Under the pieces are notes generated by a model, which had not been told where the DNA came from, did no database searches, and saw only the letters and a list, made by a program, of their open reading frames with translations. Positions 24,298 to 35,315 of a DNA stretch of 39,383 nt are shown here, piece after piece. Position 1 is the stretch's first letter, and each line of letters opens with the position of its first letter. The translations under genes and the position numbers were made by a program. The stretch lies in the NCBI GenBank assembly GCA_011109175.1, contig RDEW01000149.1, positions 1 to 39,383 of the forward strand. The letters run 5' to 3'. Source of the DNA: Dicyema japonicum. Its lineage: Eukaryota > Animalia > Dicyemida.

Positions 24298-24499
24298 TTG
24301 GCTCATTACCATCTGTTTTATTATTGATATTTTGGTTTCATTTTTGGGGGTAATTAGTCTAATAAGACTATATAGAGACTATTAATCTGGTTCAGATGAC
24401 CCATGCAGCAGTAACTTATGGAAGTATAGATTGGTAGTAGAGATGATCTATGTTGGTGGAACTATCTCTTGTAGTATCCAAGTAGCGTTTTTACAAAGT

Positions 24500-25065
24500 T
24501 TAATTTTCGCTGGGATAGGAGATTATATTGCTCACATGTTTGCTGAAGGTCATTAGTGGGTCATATGTGACCCCCAGTATTTTGGTTGAATTTGTGGAGG
24601 GGATTGTTATTCTATTTAGGGTCAATGAAGGCGTCGAGTTAGTCAATCTTCTTTTGGAAGTAAAGATCATAGAGCTTGTATGTAGTTGGTTCTTCGTAAA
24701 CCAACAGTTCAGGTTATCCAGTGAATCTTGTAAGCGGGTGCCCGCTGTGTGGATGCACTGGTCTCTTGTTCCCAGGATTAAGTCATCGGCGTAAGCAAGG
24801 AATAGGACATCGTCGCAGCTGTAGGAAGGCATGTCGCTCATGAATAGATTGAATAGACTGGGAGAGAGGGGGATCCTTGCGGGACCCCGTTCGGTAGAAA
24901 TTTACTGATTAAAGATGTGGAATGGGAGATTACTCTTCGTCCGTTGAGGAAGTTAGCGAGCCAAATTTTTAGGTTGTTGGGAATGTTAGAGCCATAAATT
25001 TTCAATGGACATTCTACCTATGAACGTGATGATGACAGGGTAATTGTCACTGGTAGTATGATAAG
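24500..25065 (-). mobile_element. RT fragment of the 861-3881 LINE family
   Basis: KIWLANFL, PNGVPQGSP, YADD, ILGVTYDP. Confidence 0.8.
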
Positions 25066-25149
25066 TAAGTTATTATAAAGAAAAAGCAATGTAAATTAAG
25101 TGATGGGGGAAGTAACATGAAACGGTAGGGCATGCCAACCGACTTCTAC

Positions 25150-27480
25150 CCTGACAGTCTCCCCAAAAAAATCCGTAAACACAGGGTCATCTCTGAAGAT
25201 ATGTGCCAGATACTTTAGTGCGATTTTTGAAACCTCGAATAAGATTTTCGATAGTTCCGCCAACCTTGTACATTTTTCTTTCCAACCATGGGGGAATTGG
25301 CATACGAGGACTTATCCCGTAAGCAAGCTTTAGAGCAAAATTTCGCGTTTTCTCAAATTTCTTGAGGATAGAGTCTATCTTTTTACGAATCGTACCATCC
25401 TTCTAAACCGTATAACATTGCAGGTAGTATTGCAGTTTTGAAGACATAAACAAAGGTCTCCGGCTCCAGCTTTAATATTCTAATACAGTTAAGAGCGCTC
25501 GTAGCTTTTTTCTTTCGTATTTTAGCATGTTCCATAAAATTACCTCCCTCGTCAATTAGGAGGCCAAGGTATTTCTTAGTCTTCTTCCGAGGTATGTCTT
25601 GTAACAAGCTCTTTAGGTTAGCCATCCTCCTGCTTCTAGTTATCCTCACATACAGACTTTCATGTGCCACCGAAAGGAAGTTTTCATTGCACCACTCTTC
25701 ACTCTGGTCCATGTACGTCTTCAATCGTTTCTCAGACACCAAAGAGTTTTAAGAAACATCATAAATTATGACGTCATCAGCTTATATCAAAATTTCTATA
25801 CGTGGGTTTTCTGGAGAAGGCAATTCACTCATTACAATGTTAAATAATAGAGGACTGAGCACTAAACCCTGAGGTACACCTCTTATCAACCAAATTTCAC
25901 GAGATTCATAGTTTAAAAAATTAACAATTGACCGAGAGCAAACTTTGTATCAAAAATAGAGTTCCTTTTCAATACCACATGTCGCAAGACAAATAAGAAG
26001 ACCAAGATGCCACATAGTGCCGAAATCTGTGGATATATCAAGGCAGACTGCGGTCAAACACCCTTTAGCTTACAAAGCCTTCACAATTGAGGCGTTAACA
26101 CTGTACAATCTCCACAAGACCGATTTTTTCGAAATGCCTACTGATGGTCTATTAGTATATCATTACGTTCTATATTTTCAGAAAGTCTGTTGAATACAAT
26201 TCTTTCCATAACTCTTGAGATCGTTTGTATAAGGCTTATGGGCCTATAACTGGTTGTTAAGTACCCAGGTTTCCCAGATTTACGTATCATCCTGACCTTC
26301 CTCAATTTCCAATGCGAAGGTATATGATCGAACCTGATACTGCACGTATAGAGACATCCCAGATATTCATATAGTACCTGGACTGCTTCCTTGATTAAAC
26401 GAATAGCGATCTTGTACTTTCCAGGAGCATTGTCTTTAGTGCATTTTACCGCATTTTCAAACTTTCCAGCATTTATAGGGCTGTGACGCAGACGTAAAAA
26501 ACTAATTACTTTTTCCAGCTTTTCTTTTAGAGAACTGAGGGCCAAACGAGACAGTCGCTCATATGGTTAACCTGCTGTATTTTCGAGAGTTCATCCCCAA
26601 ACAGGTTAGGAATTCTTCTAAAGATACAGGAGACCCATCATGACATTGCAACAGTGGAATTTTTCTTCTGGATTTGCGTCCGGCTACTTTATTATAGACT
26701 TTCCAAAAGTTTGGATTTTTCGATACAATTCGCTGCACTGAGTTAACCGAATTTATTTTTCTTAACTTTTTCTAATCTGTGAATTTCTTGCATGATCATC
26801 ATAATTTCTAGCTCCATGAGCCTACGGTCATGGGATCAGGACATCGACGTAATTTGTTTTTCAAGCATTGTTTCCTTTTCAACAGGACTATAACATTTTT
26901 TGGTGTCAATGGAGAATTCTTGTTAACCGAATAGACTTTATTCGCATATGTTTTGAGGTACGATTTAAAAAAAACAACTAGAGAGTCACTCGAACTCTCA
27001 AGATCAACTTGGAAGACTCCGGATTACAAAAATTCCCAAAACGTTCCAATGCTTTTTCGGTAATGGTCCCAGCTTAATAGAGCAGACTTGACCTCTAAAG
27101 GAGCTAGGTTGAGTGTATAAAGGATTGGTAGATGATTACTACCAACATCACCAAGCATAATCGGTGTTCTAAAAATTGATGAACAGATTCCGATATTAAC
27201 GCCATTCCCAAATAATCCCAGTCACTTGGAGAATAGTGATTCGGGGTCGAGGACATCACAACAGAATACCCGGAAGACACAGACATATCTTTCAAAACAA
27301 GACCGTCTCTGTTCGTCCCCAAACATCCAAACGAGGTATCTTTCGAGTTTAAGTTCCCCAAAAGAATCGAGAACAATGCATTTTCATCATGAAAAAAATT
27401 CTCGATAAGATATACGAAGATGATTTTTTAGAATACATTCATCCAATTTTCATCCACATATTTTTCACTCGTACTTCCAG
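25150..27480 (-). mobile_element. Degenerate APE-RT LINE, same family as 10115-11326
   Basis: APE GNLNSK; RT APG, SYRPISL, GVPQG; YLGLLID..FMEH..PAMLYG; many lesions. Confidence 0.8.
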
Positions 27481-27520
27481 GGAAACAAACTCACACAATT
27501 CTTGGGATATGATCTTCAGG

Positions 27521-27736
27521 TTACGTACTAACCCTTAGATTTAGTCTGTAGAACAAAGATGTACCCGTTCCTGCAACTGAGCCAGTGATGATGACGAGGT
27601 TATTGTCACTGGTAGTGTCGTATGATACTGACCAATTGATTAGAGCGGCAATTTTTGGAAAAGCAAGTGTCAGGTCAGTTCTGTCGTTTGTTCTGTAGGG
27701 GGTTCTTGTGTTGAATATGGGATTGTTTAATATCAC
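27521..27736 (-). mobile_element. APE C-terminal fragment of the 861-3881 LINE family
   Basis: ILNNP...TRTP...DLTLA...W.V...SD aligns with ORF 3016-3867. Confidence 0.7.
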
Positions 27737-27844
27737 AAAACAGATTTTTATTAATTAAATTAAAATCCAAAGACCACTGTTAAACAAAAAAAAACTAAAC
27801 TAAGGCTCTCGACGAATTGGATTGGATCAAGGCTCTCATCTTTG

Positions 27845-28260
27845 CTATTAGTTGTTAGTTAAGTAACCCCAGCCTCACTAACTTGTAGGAGGCCAGCAGC
27901 ATTTAAGTAGTACGCAGCAGATGTTGGTCGTAGATCGGTCAGTTCTGGCATTGTGGAGAAATGTTGTGCCAATTCATGACATTGTAATAAGTGATTTGTT
28001 GTCAGCACGTGGAAATTGCAAAAAGGGCAGAGTACATCATAAGCTGGTAGATATGGGTGGTGCCCACATCGTAGACGAGCCAGGTTTACTTGCACGTCCC
28101 TTGAAAGAGAGGATTCTGATTGGTCTATGGAGAAGGGGGTCGCTGTAATATTTTATTGTCTCCGATTCTTCGGATGTTTCTCGTAGAAACAAAATCGTGT
28201 ATCTGTTTCAGACGACTCCTGTCATCTTTGCTATAAAAATGTATATAAGAAAGGTTGTTT
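27845..28260 (-). mobile_element. LINE 3' end with C-terminal CCHC zinc finger
   Basis: LARLRCGH...CPFC...TTNHLLQC followed by stop and short tail. Confidence 0.75.
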
Positions 28261-28336
28261 GTTGACGATGAATTAAAACATTTACATAAAATATATAAAT
28301 AATAAAATTAAATATTTAAAAATTAGACTTTTTGTT

Positions 28337-28828
28337 ATGTCGAAATATTTACGTAACAAGGATTCATCAAAGTATAAAGATCGTAGATTTGAGGTAAAAG
28401 TTTAAATGAGTGAACTAGGGATCACTTAATGAGTTGGAGAATATGCTAGAAACTTCTACCACTCTCTATGTTGGCAATTTATCGTTTAAAACCACTGAAG
28501 GACAAGTGTTTGAACTATTTTCTAGGATTGGAACTGTTAAACGAGTAATAATGGGTCTTGATCGAATAAAGAAGATTCCTTGTGGCTTCTGCTTTGTTGA
28601 GTAATGAAATCACTCATTCATAGGTTTTATTGCAGAGAGGATGCCGAGGACTCAATCAGGTACCTCAACGGACTATTTCTTGACGAACGTATTATCAGAG
28701 TTGACATTGATGCTGGATTTACTGAGGGAAGACAATATGGAAGAGGAAAGACTGGAGGACAGGTCAGAGATGAGTTTAGAACTGACTTTGATGAGGGAAG
28801 AGGAGGTTATGGAAAGAATCATAAATAA
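28337..28828 (+). CDS. NCBP2: Nuclear cap-binding protein subunit 2 (CBP20), 147 aa, 3 exons
   Basis: Exons 28337-28393, 28419-28600, 28624-28828; introns of 25 and 23 nt; [47 protein letters not shown]. Confidence 0.96.
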
Positions 28829-29129
28829 TACTTTTTGATATGGTTTTACTTTTATTAGTTTATTGATAACATTCTGTATTTATATCACTGAGGGTTGCTT
28901 CTGGCTGCCCGTGTTGATCTATTTTCCATGGTCAATGGGTTAAATAATAGATAAAAGGAGATGAGTTCACGTAATTCTTGGGATCGTCCTCTTCAAAAAA
29001 GTGTGTCCATGTCCTGAAGGTTTGAGCAGTGGATCTGTAAGCAATGCACTTGATTGCATAAATACTAATATTCTTTATTCAGAATTAGCTAACTTCCTTT
29101 CTGTCTGGGACGCACTGTGGCTATGTCAA

Positions 29130-29450
29130 AAGTGGTAGTTGAATCCATCCGCTATAAACTTAGTTACCTTGTTTAGGTGGATTGAGGTTGTTGCTGCGGA
29201 AGCCTTACTGAGCTTTAGACAAATTAGGTGTTGGTCTTTCAATTGAAAATATATCTCTCGAAGATTTTTGACGCAACGCATAGGAGTAAAATTGATCGCT
29301 AGGATCCTAGGCTACCAGGGTCCTCGATGGATTTTAAAGTCGGGATAATTGTCGATTGTTTTTCAAAGCATTAACACAAATCCTAAATTCAGGGACACTT
29401 GGTAGATATCCTTAAGGACCTGCATTCCATTTGGCCCAAAATTTTTAGAT
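29130..29450 (-). mobile_element. Degenerate RT fragment of the 861-3881 LINE family
   Basis: LLCVASKIFER, GFRS, VTKFIADGFN. Confidence 0.6.
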
Positions 29451-30773
29451 GATACAGTAGACACTCATTATTTCGAAAACTTCAATAATTCGAAATTTTT
29501 TATGAGTTAGCAAAATTTAACAGTGTCTTTACAAACAAACTTCAATAAATCAAAATTTTATAATCCGGAAGACAATTATTAAAAATTTCGGATTAATTTA
29601 TTTTTTTTTTCATACATTCAAATGAATTTACATTTAACTTTAAGATCTAACATGGTTAGAACGAGGACAGAAGTTTCTATTGCATGGAAAAGTAATATTT
29701 GTGAAATAAAAACTAAATCAAAAATGAATCTCAGATAATTATCCCATATTTGTGAAAATAAAATGAACCTTTATTTGGGAATTTCTAAACTTTCAGAAAT
29801 TCTAAAAACGGTGAAATCGGAAAACTGCGAAACTACGATTAACAAGATAACCAAAAGGTAAACATAATTGATAATTCACTTGTTGAATAAATAAAATTAA
29901 TGGTTTTATTATTGAAGATATCATAAGCTAAAGAATTTGGTGAAAAGCTTGAATCAATGATTTTGAATATAGTAAAGCTGCACAGATTTAAAAGAAGATT
30001 TAAACTAAAACTTCTTTACGGAGGAGCTAACAGTTTAACACAAGATAAATTAATTTGAATAGACAAATATGATTAATTAAAAGTAGTTGACCATGATGTA
30101 TTGCTAAATGGACGAAACTAGACTCTTTTTCAATCTTACCCTTCTAGACAATTTCATCTAAATATAGAAAAGCCATAAAGCAATCAAAAGTGAGGATTAC
30201 TATAGCTTTTTGTGCTAATGAAACTGGAACAATAAAAAATAATCCTTTTTATTGGCCATAATAAAATACCAAGATTTTTAAAAGATTTTGACTCTGAAAA
30301 TAATTGTACTATGCAAATAAAAGGGTTTGAATGACAACAGAATTTTTAATATTTTCATCAGTAGTGATGAATTAAAATGTTACAGAAAAAGTTCTTTTTA
30401 CTGATTGATAATGCTCCACGTTTTAACCTTCAAAAACACAACTGCACATCTTCACCCATGGATAATCAAGAACTTTAAGCATTATTTAGAAAAATGCTTA
30501 TTTTGGATTATATAGCCTTGATTTGGAAAAAGATTTTTTTGTAACTTTACGGAAAGCCATCATTATGGTTTTTCACAAACGAAGTAAAAGAAGAAAATTG
30601 TTTTTAAAAAACTGATGCAATTAAATGTCTTGATTATTAAGATATAGTGCAAGATCCTGTTTTGAATGAGTATCGAAAGAACTGAACTAGCTAATGATAA
30701 GAAATAACTCACATAGAAGTGCTCGACGCGGATGAAATGATCAATGTAAAGATTATAATGCCGACGAGTGAAT

Positions 30774-32108
30774 TATTATTATTTAAGTGCTTCACGAGAG
30801 CCATACTAATTATAGCTCTGCATGAGTAGCAAAAGAAACAAGGTTAGATATCATCCTTTTTTATGCTCCCCTGTTCCTAGCCAAGGCTCTCATGTTGTCC
30901 TGGTCGTCGGCATATTTTAGATTTCTTTTGATATTGACTTTTTGTGAAACTATAAAACTATTGGCAGTTTTATGATTTCTTTTAAACTTTTCGCAAGCTC
31001 AGGAACATCTGGATGAATAGCCTTCAGGTGCATTTTACTATTCTCCCTTTTGCCAAGACATGCCTCAGCAGCTTTGTTGATGGTGTCCTTTGTGCGTTTA
31101 CAGGCGTCTTCTAACGAGGTATCCACCAATATGTCCTGCATATGAGTGAATGTATTGTTGATATCTCTCAGTAGTCTCCGGTTGGGAAATCAGCCTTTCA
31201 GTCGCAAAGTCGCCTCTGACTTTCTAAAATTCGTGATTTTTGTCATTCTTGTATTTGATGGCATGTTTTTTCAGAGTGAAGGTCGCATAACCATTTTGTG
31301 GTCGCTGACAGTCGTCGAGCCTTCATATGAACGTACGTTTACTAGGTGTTTGTCTTTAGCCCGCATATGACATAATCTATTTGGTTGTATATTGGGACCT
31401 GCTTTCCCTTTGAGTTACTTCGCTTCCCCATCCACATAGTTTGTGGCAGGATGCGTAAATGCAGTGTTGCACAGGAAAAGGTTGTTTGCCATACAAAAGT
31501 GACCAAGTATTGTCCCGGGTAGGTTTCTTATTCCACGTCCATGTTCTCCCAAGAAAACATCATCCGGGTTATTCTTCATCCCGATTTTCGCTTTCAAATC
31601 TCCAGCAATGAGTATTAGTGATAACGACTCATATTCTTTGTACGTCCGTAACAGTGTTGAATAGAAGTCGTCTAGTTCTGTCGGATCTTTCGCTACTCTC
31701 CCGCTGTGTGGGGCATAAACATTTATAATTGTCAGAAAGCTCTTCGAAGGAAATAAGTCGTTTAGCCGGATTTGTATAACACAGATCCTGTCATTCACAC
31801 TCCATATACGGTGGACTGCACTTGTCAACTTTGAGTGGATGGCAAATCCAAGTCCATAATATTTTGAGTCGCTCGGTAGACATATTATTCGATATTCGCC
31901 ATAGATCTCATCAAGGCTACAAGTAACTTTCGTCTCTTGTAGGCACCCAATAGATACGTAGTATCTCTCCAGCTCGTCACAGAGAATCTTTCTCCACCAG
32001 GTCGTAGATAAGCCTCTAGCATTGAACGGAGCTTTAGAAGAGATGCATTACCTTTGTACCCCCTTGCTTTTTAGACATTTTCCTCAACTGTTATCCAATC
32101 ACCTCAAC
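30774..32108 (-). mobile_element. Bipartite RTE-like element: 5' end and APE joined to 3' end, RT deleted
   Basis: 10-bp TSD ACGAGTGAAT at 30764-30773 and 32109-32118; APE homologous to 13798-14982; joins directly to DDQDNMRALARNRG and the family 3' UTR plus (TAA)n tail. Confidence 0.85.
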
Positions 32109-32196
32109 ACGAGTGAATAATTGATGGTAAAATGGAGAGATTATTATTATATATAAAAACATAAATATTAAATACATTGAAAGTAACATATTTATT

Positions 32197-33577
32197 GGTT
32201 CCCATTCAAAATGGCCTCCAATTAATTTTTTCAGGTTTTGGATACACTCAATCCCATAAATGTTGACCAATTCCCATAAATGTTGACCCAATTCCCATAA
32301 ATGTTGTCTTCCATTGATGTCCATTATATATATAAATAATACACAAGTAAATCTATATTTTAAAATTTTAATTTTTAGATTTGTTATCAACTAATACAGA
32401 TATGAGAAGTCGCAAGGTTTTTCTGAACGAAAGTCTATTTATCACTTCGATCAGTAAAAAGAGTTTGAATAGGTGTATACAAAAGTGTTACAACATTTAT
32501 TTACCCCCTTATTCAACTGACTTGAAACCCAATTGAAAACTTTTTTTCTTGTGTGAAATCTCGCCTAAATGTAATTAGACCAAGAGTAACTGTAAGAGGA
32601 GAATTGCTAACAACTATCGATTTGTTATGAGTGGTCTCGAAACCGAGAATTTGTCCTCATATTACATTTTTTGGAAAGGGTAAATGGAATTAATAACAGA
32701 TTAATTGAATAAAATACTTTTTTCCTAAATTATTTATTAGTATAATATATATAACTTGGACATCATTTATGGGAATTGGACAACATTTATGGGAATTGGG
32801 TCAACATTTATGGGATTCAGTGTAAGTTCATCAATAAACATCACGAGATATTTTAGCAAGGTCCTCGACATCTTTAGGTAAAAAAGTCATCTTTTTTAAA
32901 TCTTATAAAAATTAATTTTAAGGGGTCTTAAATAAATGTTATTAGAATACATATTCTACTAAATTGAATATATATTCTATCGGATCCATTTTAAGTAACA
33001 TTTGTTCTTAAACAAATCTCAAGATATTCTCAGATAAAGCGATATATTTAGTTTTTCTAAGAATTTTTTCTCCATTTTGTGATCTTAATAATTTTATCAT
33101 TATGCCTTCTTCTTTTATTAATTTCTTTCAAAATTTCTTGGAGTCTTGTTTAGTGTCCAAATGTTTGGTTAACGAGAAACGGCATGCAATAGTGAATCAA
33201 TTGATTAATTAAATTATTCAAAAGTTTTATTATAAAAGAAATTAAAAGAGATAATAACTCATTAAATTTAGTTATAATAAATATAATTAATTTTTATTCT
33301 GGAGTCACTTAGTATCTAAAAATCATAGGGTTTGGAGGACCTTGGTAAATGTTCCACTTACCCATAAAACCCGTTAAAATCAATTTTTATAAGATTAAAA
33401 AAAGATGAATTTTTTACCTAAAAATGTCGAGGACCTTGTTAAAATCAATTTTTATAAGATTTAAAAAAGATGACTTTTTAACCTAAAGATGTCGTTTAGC
33501 TAAAATCTCGTGATGTTTATTGATGAACTTATCCAAAACCTGAAAAAATTAATTGGAGGCTATTTTGAATGGACACG
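32197..33577. mobile_element. Long-TIR non-autonomous element with 8-bp TSD (MULE/Merlin-like MITE)
   Basis: TSD TATTTATT at 32189-32196 and 33578-33585; CCATTCAAAAT(G/A)GCCTCCAATTAATTTTTTCAGGTTTTGGATAAGTTCATCAATAAACATCACGAGAT... inverted over ~150 bp once the inner insertion is removed. Confidence 0.8.
32245..32822 (+). mobile_element. Tc1/IS630-type deletion derivative inserted in the left TIR of the 32197-33577 element
   Basis: TA TSD (32243-44, 32823-24); TIRs CACT(C/G)AATCCCATAAATGTTGACC with three ~20-bp subrepeats; remnant YLPPYSTDL.PIENFFS near 32500-32560. Confidence 0.88.
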
Positions 33578-33859
33578 TATTTATTCCCTTCACAATCCTA
33601 AAGGCATCCAATTTTTTTAGTTCCAAATTTTTTTAGTTCGGATTTATGAGGGTTTACTGTATATTCCGTCTGGACCTTTTGAGTGGGAGTCAGCAAGAAC
33701 ATAAAAACCAAAAAGTAGAACTATGATCCGTTAATGAATCGGATGCATCGGGGAATTTAATGCAGATATGAGAAAAGGTACCCGTGTTGTAGCTGTCCAG
33801 GAAGTTTCCACGTTAATAACCTTCTCGTAGAGAAAACTGTAACAAACCTATCTTCTGAC

Positions 33860-34085
33860 TTTGAGTGTTTTGATTTTATCCAAAAATCTATTAGAATTTT
33901 AGAAATTATAAAGTTTTAACTCTTTTACAAAAAATGCTGCCTTGGTAGATATTAAGATATCATTCAAAAACCTCCTAGGTAATTGATTTTTAGATAAATA
34001 CATTAAACTTCACTACCTTTATCCATTCTACCAACTTCTCTTCAAAGTTTTTGAAACTTTGGTTTATGTGCAGCTTTAAAAGACG
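33860..34085 (-). mobile_element. Second pogo/CENP-B-like HTH fragment
   Basis: FEEKLVEWIK...ILISTKAAFFVKEL...SNRFLDKIK resembles the Tc5/CENP-B HTH. Confidence 0.45.
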
Positions 34086-34105
34086 GCTAATATTTTTTTT
34101 TAATC

Positions 34106-34460
34106 TTGGGACGCAACTTGCATAGACACGTTCTCAAGCACGAACATTTTTAAATCGGTTCTGACACCTGAAGCAGCTGCTTCGACTGCGGAGAACCTAA
34201 AAATCAAAAAATATTCTTGCCTCGGGGATCGCAACCGATTTACTCCTGTTGCGACCGAATCATCGGGAGCCGTTGGTCCAATGACGGCTGGGTTCTTGCG
34301 ATAACTCGGAGGATTGCTTGCCAGAAAGAAAAGGGATCAACGAGAAGAATTATGGCTAAGACAAAAAATAGGAATAGGCATACTCCGAGGGAACTCGTTC
34401 GCAATCCACGCAGTAGGCTTCCTCAACTGACATTTGTTTAATTGTTAAAAAAAAAACCTT
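34106..34460 (+). mobile_element. CRE-type RLE retrotransposon 3' end
   Basis: WDATCIDTF...AENLKIKKY...RFTPVATESSG...WLRQKIGIGILRGN followed by an A-run. Confidence 0.85.
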
Positions 34461-34864
34461 CTGAAAAAAAATCACTGAAGAAAACCTCAATGAATATTTG
34501 AACAATATTAACAGATAAATATTTTTAAAACAATTTTTAAATTACATTTAAGAATCACAGTTGCAGGAACATTTCCATACACTGATCCAGTGAAATTAGG
34601 TTGATTGAAAGATCCTTCTTGATGCCATCCTGTCTGTTGAGAATAGAAGATTACATAATAATTAAAGAATGAAGAGAAAGAATCGACCAAGGACGAGAAT
34701 TTGGAAAATCTGTTTTTGTCGACCTCTTTAATTATTTAGAAATGTATAGCTAAGTTGTTAACCATTTTTACCTATAATTCCAAAAGCGTAACGTTATTCC
34801 TTACGTGATCATTTGTTGAACATCTTCTATACACTCTCTGGAATATCAAAATATCAACGTTCCG

Positions 34865-35030
34865 TTACTCTGATAATCCTTTTTTTGGATATTCTTGATT
34901 TTCTTCATATTTTTCCAAGATATGGATGGTCCCCACGAGTCACATCCATATAATAAACATTGCTCGATGTACTGTTTGTACACGTTCATCATACTGGGTG
35001 ATTACCACTCTTCCATATTCCTGATTAACT
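34865..35030 (-). mobile_element. Short LINE RT-thumb fragment
   Basis: VYKQYIEQCLLYGCDSWGPSIS..NMKKIKNIQK. Confidence 0.6.
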
Positions 35031-35315
35031 TTTCAATTTGATATATTATATTAAAATATATTAGCATAAAAAAGAATAACGACCTGTGAAATTTAAAAGA
35101 TCTAAATTTATTTGTGTATATTAATGTTAAAATAATAATTTGAAATCTATACGGAGTCGTGACAAAATGAACTGGTCTCTAGTTAAAAGAATATATTTGG
35201 ATGTGAGCCAAGAAACTGACATTTCATAGCTGCGATTATTTAATCAATTAGTGAATATTTTAATCAATTAAACCAGTGACCCAATTTAAACAATTAAGAA
35301 TCATAATTAGTTTTA

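Larger units (their letters stand above)
29455..33659 (+). mobile_element. pogo/Tigger-type transposon relic (transposase pseudogene ~29652-30750) carrying nested insertions
   Basis: TA-CAGTAGACACTCATTATTTCGAA at the left end; TA-CAGTAAACCCTCATAAATCCGAA (minus strand) at the right end; remnants DETRLF, SKVRITIAFCAN.TG, MTTEF, LLIDNAP, TTAHLHPMD; that both TIRs belong to one copy is inferred. Confidence 0.7.

Noticed and set aside
32252-32815. CRISPR-like short repeats (CCCATAAATGTTG)
   Set aside because: No spacers; they are subrepeats of Tc1-type TIRs in a eukaryotic genome
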